From positions 181,164,001 to 181,228,000 of the forward strand of contig OX597814.1 of the NCBI GenBank assembly GCA_951406725.2: a stretch of DNA of 64,000 nt, read 5' to 3'. This document shows, in pieces, positions 1 through 12,600 of this stretch. A program made the translations under genes and the position numbers. Source of the stretch: Octopus vulgaris (taxonomy: Eukaryota). The stretch's first letter is position 1, and each line of letters starts with the position of its first letter. The notes under the pieces are model-generated. The model did no database searches. It was not told the DNA's origin and saw only the letters and a list, made by a program, of their open reading frames with translations.

Positions 1-765
1 GTGTAGCAGTCATGAGCTGTTGCAATTACTGTGTGCACCTGTCAAAGGCTCACTAGTTGGTCATATCTCACCAGAGACAAGAGTTTATATAATCACAATT
101 GAACATATTTTGATAAATTACTCTAATTTATCAACTAATGATTTATACAGTGAACCTATTCAAACCCTACAAACATGGATAAACAGATTGTAATGATTAT
201 ATATGTTTATATATAAATATATAGATATTTTTAAAAGGCTGTTTGTAACGGCCAGTCAGAGTGACCATTTGTTTCACATCTATAAAGCACTTAGCTGTAT
301 AGGAGACTCATCAGACTTAAATGGCCAGAGGCAAATAACCTCTACAACTGGAAGATGGAAAACATCATTTGATAATTTTGTAAACAAAAAACTCCCAGAT
401 GTTTCCTCCTTATATGCTTCTGGTCATTTGAGTCTGACAAGTTGCCCATCATGCTAAGTGCTGTATAGGCACAAAACAATGGTCACTCTTTGGCAGGCCA
501 TAACAAACAACCTTCTAAATATACTACTGCTCTGTTTTAGAATGTGCTTGTTTTTCGGATATATGAATTACTGACATATATATATAAGATCCAGGGATTG
601 AGATGTAGGAAGAAAGTTAGCTTCAAGCAATCCATAGTAAATATGAAAAACAATTTTCAGAGACAATAATGGTTTATTGAGATGGAAGGTTGTGGATTTT
701 TTCCGTATCGAAGTATGACAAACTGAAAATAATTCTTTTTATATTTCACAGTGTGAATAAGACTA

Positions 766-1071
766 CAAGAGTTAAGGAATGGAGTAGATAAGATCCGGGC
801 TACATATGTTTCATAGTGAGCGCTCCGCTCACTATGGTAAATATCCAAGTGAGATGTATACTGCAGGCTACTCTTCAGACCAAGAATTCTGATTGAATCT
901 TCCATGTGTTAACATGTGACAATGTAAACTTTCATTTAATCAAGATATCCTTGGCCTGAAGAGTAGTTGGTGGTATACACCTCGCTTGGTGTATATTTAC
1001 CATTTCTGACGTTCAGCTCGCTATGAAACATATGTAGCCCAGATCTTATCTATTCCTTTCTTTAATTCTTG
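766..1071. repeat. Foldback/MITE-like inverted repeat, ~130-bp arms
   Basis: agataagatccgggctacatatgtttcatag vs ctatgaaacatatgtagcccagatcttatct; pairing continues inward to ~898/934. Confidence 0.85.
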
Positions 1072-1309
1072 CATATATATATATCTTAGTAAAAACCACG
1101 ATATCTGTTGCCAAATATAAGGGGTTGTTTTATTCAGTTAATAATTGGAGGATTGGGGGGAAAAAAAAAAGAAATATTTATGGTGTTTAGTATCAAAATT
1201 AAGCCTAACAAACACTCACTACCAGAAAAAAATAATTTCAGTCAGCAATTGTATGATAAATGTAATAAAGACTTTATTTATATATTAAAGAAAATCAACA
1301 CAACTCTGA

Positions 1310-2976
1310 AAAATATTTAACATTTACTTTATTATTTCTAATAGAGAAATCCAACAACATTTTTAAAATTTAATTTTTTTTTCTTTAAATAAATGTGAAC
1401 AGTAACATAAATTAACAAATTTAGCCACGATTTCTTTTTATCTTGTTTGCAAGTGATTAACACTTCTATGTGAACACGATATCAATATAAGCAGGTTTCA
1501 ATAAAATATAGTAACCAAATTAACGACAATACAATTAATATACACATATATCACAATGTACTATATACAAACAAAATTGAAGCATAAATTACAGTTAGAT
1601 AAATGTTAGGCATCCATCATGAGATTTTAGATGAAGAGGAAAAAAATAGCCTTCTAAATTGATATTTTAGTTGTAGAAGCATATAAGAGTATTTAGAAAT
1701 AATTGATGGTTCAGCTATTAACAGTTGAATCATCAAAATCTTCCAACATTTAAATAGAAGAGAAATTGATTACTTCACAACAGTAAATGGTAAATGTTAA
1801 TATGGCAAATACTTAATTGAAATAAAGTAAGCTGTAAACGGTTGAATATGCTAGATTGTTCAACCAATGATGAAGACTAAGTGAAAGCTTACAAGGGGTT
1901 TTATAGTAAATATTTCAAATAGCTCTCAGTTTGGAGCTGTAAAAATGTACTGACTTCATAAAAAAGTTTATACCTTAGCTAAAAGAGAAATTTTGAAAGA
2001 ATTGAGAGAAAACTAAAGATTCAGATAAAGATTTTCAATTTTAGAAAAAAGATTTTAGATTATGTTTCAAGTTTGAAATTAGTGCATGCTATACTATTAT
2101 TCATTAGTGTTTTCAGAGCAAACATTACAACATTTAAATCTTAAAAATCTTATTAAAGTGCCAAATTTGCTGTAAATATTAAATTGAAATGCTTCTCATT
2201 ATGTTAATATGAGACATTTACAATTGAAAAAACTGTAAAAAAAAAAAATTGAGTAAACCATTTTGTATCAATCAGATCAAAAATTAAAACCAGTTAAAAA
2301 TTCAATAAAGACATATGCATTTCTTTAAATTAAAATGTGTCATAGATAAGAAAAAGTTATCCAAAATTTAAATTAAAATAAAAGAACCATCAAAATATAT
2401 CCAGAAAAAAAAAACTTTCTTAAAAGTATTTAGTTAAATACCTGTTTTTTGGGGGTGAGAGGGGGATTTCTTTTTTTTTTTTTAAGGATACAAAACATCA
2501 TTTGCCTTTCAACAATTTGAAAGGCAAATCATGATTGTGTGAAAAAATGTTTTTAAAGAAATATTTAATATATTTAGTAAAAAAAGAAATAAAAAATTAA
2601 AATAATTTACTAAGGTTGTAATTATGACTAGTTCATGTCCAAAAGATGCCCTTGATGAAAATCAGTCAAGTAGGCATCTGTGTGACCTCATCAGGTTGCT
2701 ACAATAATGTTCATCTTGATATAAATTCATGCACAGCCTGGTAGAGAAATGAAAAGAAGCATTGCTTCTAATAAGTTAAAAAACCATGTCTTACATATTG
2801 TGGATCATGCAATAGTGAAAAATAATGGTAAAATTTACAAAATTAATAGACTAAGAAAATTCCCTTTCTAATTGTCATAGAATGCACTAACAAATGAATA
2901 GGAATGCCAACAGAGAATGAATGTGAAAGGTGCTGCTTGCTGTACACCATGTGAATTTTTAAATGATTTTCCAAAT
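1310..2976 (-). other. STXBP1: Probable terminal 3'UTR exon of Munc18
   Basis: Strong acceptor ttttttcattttttttcag ending at 2977 pairs with the donor at 4454; repeat-free AT-rich tract; AATAAA on minus at 1333-1328 followed by GU-rich gttgtgttg; 3' end approximate. Confidence 0.6.
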
Positions 2977-4468
2977 CTGAAAAAAAATGAAAAAAACTAA
3001 GTAAAATTCTTGTAATACATCCATCTTTTGTATTTTTCTACATAAGTGTCAATAACAAAATACTATTTATATTTGAATGAAGATTAACTTAATATTTATT
3101 TTGAAATTGATACCAAATAAAAGTGTATCTTTTACTTGTTTTAGTCATTTGTCTGTGGCTTTTAATTGAACAAATCAATCCCTGGTAATTTTTGTTTGTT
3201 TAAAGCCTAGTACTTATTCTACTGGTTACTTTTGCAATACCACTAGGTTATGGGGATGCAAACACACAACAACATCAGTTGTCAACAAGCAGTGGTAAGA
3301 GACAAACACACAAAACTACACATACATAGATATATACTTTTATGTATATATATGTGTGTGTGTGTGTGTATATAATCAAAATAAGCAACAAGTATATCCA
3401 AGGTAGAGTAGTACAATTGTTTCATGCTACTTCATTTTATTAAACACTGTAAGTATTACATCAGTTTTAAAATGTCGAGCAATCTTCAGCCACTTATAGA
3501 AATTTTCCAATCAAACAGGCAATGCACATTCTTATCTCTATTTCGTTTGCCAACATTTTAAAGAGGGTAGATATATAGACAGAGAAGTTGATTTCATTCT
3601 TAAGAACATGACAGTAGTAAATTCACTCTCTGGCTCGAAACGTTAAAGACTTGTTTCATTTATATTTCCTGAGCGCCATACTAATACAATTGTTTGTATT
3701 CCACCTGCCTTCGTCTTTTGTTTATTTCCGTAAACCTGCCTTCGTCTTTTGTCTATTTTCATAAAGCTTACCGTTATATATACATATATATACACATATA
3801 TATATATACATATATAATCAAAACTGCAACGACAATCTGGAACTCAACTGATGATAGAAAGCTCCGAATGACCTGTCCTTGTTTTTTCCTGTACTTTTTT
3901 TTTGTATCGTCCAACTGTCCAGATGATTTGTTGTCGCCTGTTACATTCTTGTTCCATTTTTTGTTTTGTTCGTATATCATCATCATTTAACGTCCGTTTT
4001 CTGTGCTAGCACAGGTTGGACGGTTGGCAATATATATATATTTATGTTTATGAATTTGTGTTGCAAGATTCCTGATGTAACATTGTGTGTTGAAACAGAT
4101 GATGTCGTATTTTTGGATGTTCTTTTTTTGGCCAAATATAGTGTGTGCATTTATTTGGCAATAAAAAATAAAAATGACCATCCTGAAATGCAACACACAC
4201 ACATAATGGGCTTCTTTCAGTTTCCATCTATCAAATCCAGTCATAAGTCTTTAGTCAGCTTAAGACTATAGAAGACACTTGCCCAAGCTGCCATGCGGTG
4301 GAACTGAACCCGAAACCATATGGCTGAGAAGCAAGCTTATCACACAGTCATACCTGCACCTATATATATTTTCTATGTAAAATGAACAAAATATAGATAA
4401 ATTACAGACAGTGATTTATCATACAATATATAAATTTAGAGAGTAAAAACTCACAGCTAATGCTTCAA

Positions 4469-4533
4469 TTAGGGATTGCTAATCTTGCGGAGATCTCGTA
4501 GAAGACCTTCTGGTGTTAGGATATGGGTTGCAC
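4469..4533 (-). CDS. STXBP1: Munc18 last coding exon, with stop
   Basis: (G)ATHILTPEGLLRDLRKISNP then TAA at 4471-4469; acceptor tttcag; a gtgagt donor follows at 4454. Confidence 0.95.
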
Positions 4534-4633
4534 CTGAAATTCATAAATGTAGATTTATAAGAATCAAAAATACTGAAAATCAACTATTATTAAAATTTAA
4601 ATAAAATCATTAGAATATCAAATGGTTACTGAC

Positions 4634-4788
4634 CCAGAATAACTTCCCAGTTCTTGACAGCCTGTGTCACTTCATAGGCACTTCGCATTTCGGAATAAGC
4701 AATACCACCCACCACAAATATTATCAGGCGAGGACCGCTCTTGTAGCTTGCTTGACCTTTGTCTTTATGCCAGTGTCCGTAACGGACA
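4634..4788 (-). CDS. STXBP1: Munc18 exon (155 nt)
   Basis: [51 protein letters not shown]; ttgtag / gtcagt. Confidence 0.97.
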
Positions 4789-5015
4789 CTACAAAACAAA
4801 ACAAGAAAAAAATTCATCAGAAAAGGTTTCAAAAATGATTCGACTATACAAATTTTAACAAGAAAAACAAAAAAACATTTAATTGAATGGTGTATTTATA
4901 ATTTTACTTTAAATATAGCAGTAATGTCTATATAAAATGTCTTTTGAATTAAAGCTATATGCATAAATGCTCTCAAAATAATTTGTAGAAGAAAAATGTA
5001 CAATTCAGTATTTAC

Positions 5016-5101
5016 CTTATTGGTTGTTGACAACTTGGTCTTGGTCCTCCACCACTAAAGAATGGGAAATGTCGAGTATCTAACTTATCTTCAACTGCTG
5101 C
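5016..5101 (-). CDS. STXBP1: Munc18 exon (86 nt)
   Basis: AAVEDKLDTRHFPFFSGGGPRPSCQQPI; tttag / gtaaat. Confidence 0.95.
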
Positions 5102-5345
5102 CTAAAATGATAAAAAAAACCTTGAAGATTATAAACCACTCTATACATTAAAATATGCTTAAATGAAAGCAAAGTATGAATCCATTTTGCAGAATCAATT
5201 TTACTAAATGGAATAATATATATGATTTTTTTGACCAAATATGTTTCATTTGAAAAGAAAGCTACAATTCCAGTCAGATTCCTATTCCATTTTTATTACA
5301 CTATTAATATTGAATATATTGCATAGACACTGTTGTCTCATTGAC

Positions 5346-8300
5346 AGTTATGTCCTTCTTTGAACTCACTGTATATGTCACTTTATAACGTGGACAAGGT
5401 TATAACAATACAAATATAAATTAGAAACAACAATGTAACAAACAATATCTCTTCTCAACGACTTCTACGGCTTTCTTCACAAGTGCCTGCACACACCACA
5501 CTGTCACTGACAGTGGGCATGTGCCTTTATACAGTTTAGGACAGCTGACTTGCTATCCCACAGAGGTATCAGGATTTCACCACAACATCTCTCCTTTCAT
5601 TAGAAGTTAATGTTTTCCTTTTATTTATTATCTTTATTACCACTCCCACCCTTTTTTTTTCAATTCCTCAAGAAGAAATTGGAATATCTTTTCGTTTTGG
5701 GTCTACTTGTAAAAGTCCTGTTTGCTTTCTTCTCCTAGTCACTGAACTTGTTGATTTGATTATTCCTTGAAGTATCAGGACGTCAAAAATGTCACAAAGA
5801 AATTCCATTGGCTCTTCATGCCTTATTCTTTCTTCCATAAACCATTTTTCCAGTTGGTTTAGGTGTCCCTGTATTCCCACGTATGACCTTTTACCATGTA
5901 CATTATTTTCCCTAAACATTTACTTATACCTTCTTCCCAACTTTCCTTTCTGTTACTGTATATTTAAAAAAAAAAACCTTGTCACTGACTTTGAAGTATT
6001 TCATCTTATTTTTGGTGTTTCTTTACATTTTTTTTTTCTTCCTGGTAGTAATTTGTCAAACACTGACCTGACTTTCCTGGCAAACATTAGTTCAGCCAGT
6101 GATATACCTGATGTGGTGTTGTAGTTAGGTGTTATTCAGTAGACACTTAAGGATTGCATCAATGCAGTATCAGCTAGTAGTTTATTTCTAGATTTTTTCA
6201 GCACCCTCTTAAACGTGTCTACAAAACGTTCCACTTGTCCATTCCATCTCGGATGGTATAGCAGAGTAGTAATATGCTCCATTGTATGCATTTTGCAAAA
6301 GTTTTCAAATTCCTTTGACATGAACTGTGTTCCATTATCAGACACTATAGTGTCTGGGATACCATATCGCGCTAAAAGTTCGTCCAGAAATTCCATCATT
6401 ACTTTGGAAGTTGGCTTCCCACATTTACATATTTCCAGCCATTTCATGTTACTATCCACGACTATTAGATAATAACCCTCCATTTAACAGTCCTGCGAAG
6501 TTTATGTGTAAGCTTGACCAAGTTACATCAGTGTTGGGTTAAGGTTGAATTTTTACAGGCGGTGCCTTTGCTGCCAGCGCACAAGCCCTGCAGGCTTTCA
6601 GTAAACATAACTTCTCATCAATGCTTTCATTCTCGCAATTTGTAGGTGTCCCATGTGGAATATTTTTAACATATGGTTTTGCAAAGAAACAGGTATTACA
6701 ACCCTCTGAGTGAACATAAGTACATCATCACATATCGAATATCATTCTAAAATTGTGTTATGCTCAGTTACATGAGTTTTTGTATTTGTTTCAAACTTCA
6801 CTATTTTTTTTCATTTTTATTATGAATGCATCCTTCTCTGCTTTAATTTTTATTTCTTCTAAAGTGACAGGTAGTTCGCATACTACGTTGCAGAGTATAT
6901 TTTTAATTTTTATTTTGGCTTTTAATGCCACTATTATCATGTACTTTAATGATTCATTGTATTTAGGAATCAAACTTGACAGCCAATCTGCATGTTCTAA
7001 TTTTATCGATGGTAGAAATTCCATGTTAAAATCTTAATTTAGCAGGATCATCCCCCATTGCTGCAATCGGTTGTGGGGATACCCTTTTTTGAGCCATAAA
7101 TTGATAACAATGGGTGGTGATCTGTTTGCAGACTGAATTTCCTTCCATGTATGAATTTGTGAAATTTTTTCACCACAAAAAAATAATGGCTAGTGCCTCC
7201 TCAATTTGGCTGTTTATTTTTTTCAGCTGCCAACAATGAACGTGAAGATTGAGCAATGGGTTTTATGTGTAAATTTACCAGTCCTATGCCACTTTCACTA
7301 GCATTTGATGCTGCTACTATTTTAAAATTTAGATCAAAGTGTGATGACAGTTCTAATGTTAAAACTTTTTGAATTTCTGCGAATGCTTTTTGAGACTTGT
7401 CTGACCAATACAATTTTATGCCTTTTTTCAATAGGTTGTTTGGGGGTGCTCTTAGCTCATGCATGTTTGGTATGTATGTTTGGTAATAGTTTGTGAGCCC
7501 TAAGAACGCTTGTAATATTTTTCGAGGTAGGCATATTTTTTATTACTGTTGATCTTGAAGGATCTGGCCTCTGACCATTTTTATCAATAACTTGCCCAAG
7601 ATACCTTATTTCTGGCATGAAAAATTTGCATTTTTCCTTGCTAAGATTGAATCTTTACTCCTTTATTTTCTCAAAAGCCATTTTTACATGTTCCTCATTT
7701 TGGCCCATGGATTCACTTTTTATGAGTATTTTTTCTGCGTCGTGTTGTAGATTTATAATTCTTTGGCATTCTTCAGCCACTACTTGTAGGGTTAGTTTTG
7801 AATCATGTTCAAGCTTTGTCAATATTTGAGCCCTTATCTCTGCATCTTTGCTTGCTGTATGAAGATTAAACATTTAACATGGCCAGGCTTAATTTGTCGA
7901 GTTTAAATTTTTCACATTCTCTATTTACGATTCTGGGGTACATGACAAAATTTTCTGTTTCTTTTTTTTTCAAATTCAAACACTCCCAGCGAATACTAAA
8001 TAGTGAACTTCTTTCACTGAATATTTTAGATAATAGCTTAATCATTTCCTTGAAACAAATTTCGGATGGTTTTCTCAGCAAGATGTAATTACAAAACTTT
8101 TTGTGTTCTGCTGGTGATAATTTCCTTAAAAGAAGACATACCTTCTTTTTGTCCATCCAGCTTTTACACTCTTCCTTGAAGATTCCTTCATACCTTCTGA
8201 AGTATGCAGAAAACGTTATCCCTTCTTCCAGATTATATGTGAATTCTTCATTTAAATTAGCAACCACCTCTGCCAAATATGAACCTGAAGTATTTTTTGA

Positions 8301-8713
8301 CTGCAACAATAATTCCAACAACTGTTGATTTTGTTGTTGTTGTTGTACCTGTTCTTGCTGTTTCTGTTGTTCTTGTTGCTGTAGTTACCGTTGCAACTGT
8401 TGCTGCTGCTTGTTGTTGTTGTGGTTGTCATTGCAACTGAACCATGAAAGCTAATAGGTCTGCCATGCTAAGAACATCCACCGTGAGCTTTGAATGTCTT
8501 GTCACCACTATTATGTCCTTCTTTGAATTCACTGTATATGCCACTTTATTACGTGGACTTATTACAAGGTTATGATAATACAAATATAAATCATAACAAT
8601 ATTTTTGAATGACTTCTACGACTGTCTTCACAAGCACCTGCACACATCACACTGTCACCCACAGTTTAGGACAGCTGACTTGCTATCCCACAAGGGTGTC
8701 AAGATTTCACCAC
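5346..8713 (-). mobile_element. Degenerate, internally deleted Gypsy/Ty3 LTR retrotransposon
   Basis: Direct-repeat LTRs ~5346-5587 and ~8509-8713; PBS-like TGGTGAC next to the 5' LTR; polypurine tract before the 3' LTR; gag relic (FSAYFRRYE..KKVCLLLRKL), RNaseH relic, integrase core (YGIPDTIVSDNGTQF..YHPRWNGQVERFV) at 6136-6483; many frameshifts. Confidence 0.9.
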
Positions 8714-8714
8714 T

Positions 8715-9005
8715 TTGAACCTCATAGAGGCAATGACTAGTGACCGTGACCTTTGGCAATGTGCTCTGCTTAAGAGGACTCACCAAGCACTAGTGCCTGT
8801 GGCATATGAAAAAAATCAACCTTTGAAATTACAGAGGCAAAGTGGCTTGATTGTTGGGCCTCACAGAAGCGAGGTGGCTGAGTTCCTTTCAAGCGTTGGG
8901 CCTCATGGAGGCAAAGTGGCCGAGCTCCTGGACCTCATGGAAGCAAAGTGGTTGAGCTCCTGGGCCTCATGGAGGCAAAGTGGCCAAGTTCCTGGGCCTC
9001 ATGGA
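8715..9005 (+). mobile_element. RTE-type LINE 3' fragment with ~30-bp tandem repeats
   Basis: EAMTSDRDLW resembles an RTE ORF C-terminus; tandem gggcctcatggaggcaaagtggc units at 8856-9005. Confidence 0.5.
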
Positions 9006-9510
9006 GAATTTATTAAAGAGGTGTTGTGTTTATGGAAAAAAAGTTTAAATGATAAAAAAAAAAAAAAATCAAAATTCAATATTGACTGACATCTGTTCTT
9101 AGAGAAAGAATTTCTTCTACCACATCTTTCAAAGAAATTCTTTAATCTGATATGATTATTTTCAGTGCAGAAAACAGTCAAATTTGTATCTGTGAAATAG
9201 GAAATTTTAATGTATCATATTAATAGTTTACATTTAGCTAGAGTCAGAGTCAGTACATTTTCATCAACTTCAAGTTTAGCTTCCAACTCTGATTACACAA
9301 TCCAATTTGCTCAGCAATGAAAAATTATGTCATTTGTAGGATTCTATCCACACAATCTCCCAGTCTGTTAAAACATACTCTAATCACCTTTCAACGGAGC
9401 TACTGGGGTCTTACTAAGTACTCTACATTGTAGGGTACTATCAAAGGACAGAACTTCAGATACCTGTTTCTTACTAATGACATTATTAAAACCAAAAATA
9501 CAAAGCATAC

Positions 9511-9624
9511 CTCCATGATATCCTTTATATATGGTGTCCATCTCGACATTTGATAGGTATGATCAGCTGTTCTCTCTTTTCGGTTGTTAGTGTGGTAAGG
9601 CTGAGCAATCTTTCTTCGCCCTCC
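9511..9624 (-). CDS. STXBP1: Munc18 exon (114 nt)
   Basis: GGRRKIAQPYHTNNRKERTADHTYQMSRWTPYIKDIME, containing the Y.MSRWTP motif; ttttag / gtatgc. Confidence 0.96.
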
Positions 9625-12600
9625 CTAAAAATAAAATATAAGATCCAGTTGATTAGCTTTTCTTGACTTGAAAGAAATAAGCAGTTTATGCTGCAGAAAC
9701 CTGAAGACAGAGAAGATCTATTGGGAATAGTGATAAGCCTAATAATCATTTTCATTAATAAGTTATATTAGTTTGTATAAATTTTCATTTATTATTTTCT
9801 AAATTCTCACTTGTAATACAAGGAACTGGTATCGTGTTTTAGTTGTAAGTGCTAAAATCTTAAATTTTAAGGATATTCTGCTGACAATAAAGATAGGTTG
9901 GCAATAACTACAATAGAAATCAAATGATAATTTGATCATTTACTTGTATGCCATATACCTCTACTAAACAAAGAGCTACTGATTCTTTTGAACATGTTAT
10001 ATTTAAATGTTGCAATGTTTTTTACTACACAACTTCAATCTCTCAGACAATATCATTGTGATTTTGGTCATAAAATAATGCATTTTAAATCATATCTGAC
10101 AATACAGATTAGTATTTTATACTGATATCTTAAATTTTAAATATAATCAATGACAATACCTTTGTTAACTAAATTTAGATAATATCTAAACCTATCAAAT
10201 AGACTATTATATATAATATAGGAAGGGGATAAAATTTATTAACACTAAGAGATTATATAACCAATCACACCAGAAAACATAAATTTTAATAAAATATTTT
10301 TCATAGGTCTTACAACTGGAGTTGCTACTACTTGATGTCTTTGCTATCAAATTTTCAGTTCCAGCTAAAAAGCTTCATATTTATATAAAAAATAATTTTT
10401 CCTAAATAACTTTTTGATTTATAAAGGTTTTACAGCCTGCTCCTGGAACACAACATAGTTCATGGTAAATAGTTATGGAATCCAGTCAATTTTCTGAAAT
10501 TGTACTTTTGAAATTGATGCAAGTGACACAGACTGAAGTATCAGTTTGTTATATAAAAAAGAATGAAAATCCATAAATGTCTGATAAATATATGAAGAAA
10601 CTTTTTAAAATAAATTTTAAAAAGAAATAGAGTAAAAGAATAATAAAAATAATAGTCTAAAGGTTATGTAAATTTTACTCCAGTGTTTTATAACAATATG
10701 AACCAACAGGTAATTTAAACATTGGTGTGTGCTACTCAAGCTCCTGTAATGTAAATAAGAATTTGGGTAGACCATAAAATCATCAGTTTGTACAGTTAAT
10801 TAGAAATATTTCATTAATCTGTATACAGCAGAATGTAATAGTTCATACTATATAAATGTTCATCCCTATAGTTACAGAGACTGAACTAACATAAGTATCA
10901 TAAAATTTGCCAGGATATCTTAAATTGTTTTGAAGAGAGAAAAGTTAAAGAATTAAAATAGTCTTTCACTTCAGGAAAGTGTAATAAAACTCTGGTATTT
11001 TATGTATTGCTGAATTATTTAAAACCTTCTGAATACATTATATAAATTATTCTCAAGTTAATTAGGACAGAAAATAATTAAATATGGGTTTGATATAAGC
11101 TGTGAATATTTTTTAGAAAACTTATATCAATAAAATATTTTACAACATAAATAAATTACTAAATGCTGTAGTTAACCTACATAAGATGCTAAATACTTGT
11201 CTATATATAAATAAATCTAACAAAAACTCTGTAATTAGGCTTTGAGAGGCAGTAATGACTAAGTGTGGCTAATATTTAATCCGATAGTAGCTTGTAGCTA
11301 TTTTATAGTAATGGTGATATTACCAAATTATATTTAAAATCTGTATCACTGTTAGATTGGTAGAACATTTGAAGCATGCAAAGCAACAACATATTTATGA
11401 AGAAAGATAAAATCAAAATAAATAAATTATATCTATCATACACAGTGGAATTTTAAAAAAAAGCTTAAAAGGAATATGATGAAAATAAATTTAAAATTTA
11501 AAGTAAAAAATTGTCCAGTAGTCTTTTTTTTTTTAGTAATGAAAAATGGCATGTCCAAACTAGCTACTTTATATATTGACAAAAGCATAAATCAGTTGGT
11601 AATAATCCAGTCATGCAATAACTTTTTTTTTCTTTTTGTAATGTGAGAAGTTTACTAGCTGATAACATAACTGCCTTCTAATTGGTAAAGTAGAAATGTT
11701 CTTTATTTCCATTGAAAACAATTTCAAGTACTAAGGTAAGAACTACTTAGAAATTGAAATGAAAATCAAGAAATATATTATAAACCTGTACAATATTCAG
11801 TTGGTGTGTGGCATTTATTTATTTGAAAACATGACTGCAGGGTATCTTGACAGATTTTTTTTTTCAAGTTAAGATAAAACTTCATTACTAACCAATCCTA
11901 CTGGGGTCAATTTTGTTATTTACACAATATGCTTGTATCATATTAGAGAAGCACAAAGCTTTAAAAAAATAAATAAAAGTAGTAGATACATGTTTAATAT
12001 TTATTACATGCACTTGATATTGAATTAAATTTTTATTTTGACTTCATTTCTCTAAAAGTTATCCTCTAAAAATATTTTGAGCAATCAGCAATGAATATCC
12101 TAACTAATGCCAAAAATTATTATCATTGGACCTAGATTAAAATAATATAGCAAACTGACTTAATTTTTCTTTGTGAAATTTGTTTCAGTTTCTTATTCAT
12201 TATGACTAGGACATTATTAAAAGACCTCATTTAGCACAGTGTTTCTCAATGTTCCACCTTAGGTTCCTACCTTAAGAACATCAGTTTTACACTAAATCCT
12301 CCCCACTTAGAAAATTGAAAATTAAGAAATTAATAAGAAAATATTTTTATTTCAACAAAACATACCCAACTGAGAATTTGCATAATTTTCTGTTTTTATT
12401 ATTTACAATTCTAGTGAACTGAAATTGTGTCTATTTCAATATAGTTGGAAAGTATAAGAATCTATGGTTATTAGACTAGAGTAAAAATATTTACTTGTGT
12501 ATAATTTTTAAAACTCTAATGTAGAAATTAAGATTTCTGGAAAATATCAAATTCATCACTGTGAGAGAGTGTATTGATTGCATCCTAGTTGAGAAACACT

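Noticed and set aside
10314-10364. 51-nt exon-like segment
   Set aside because: Open in phase 1 but stopped in phase 0, the phase of the host intron; no partner exon restores the frame
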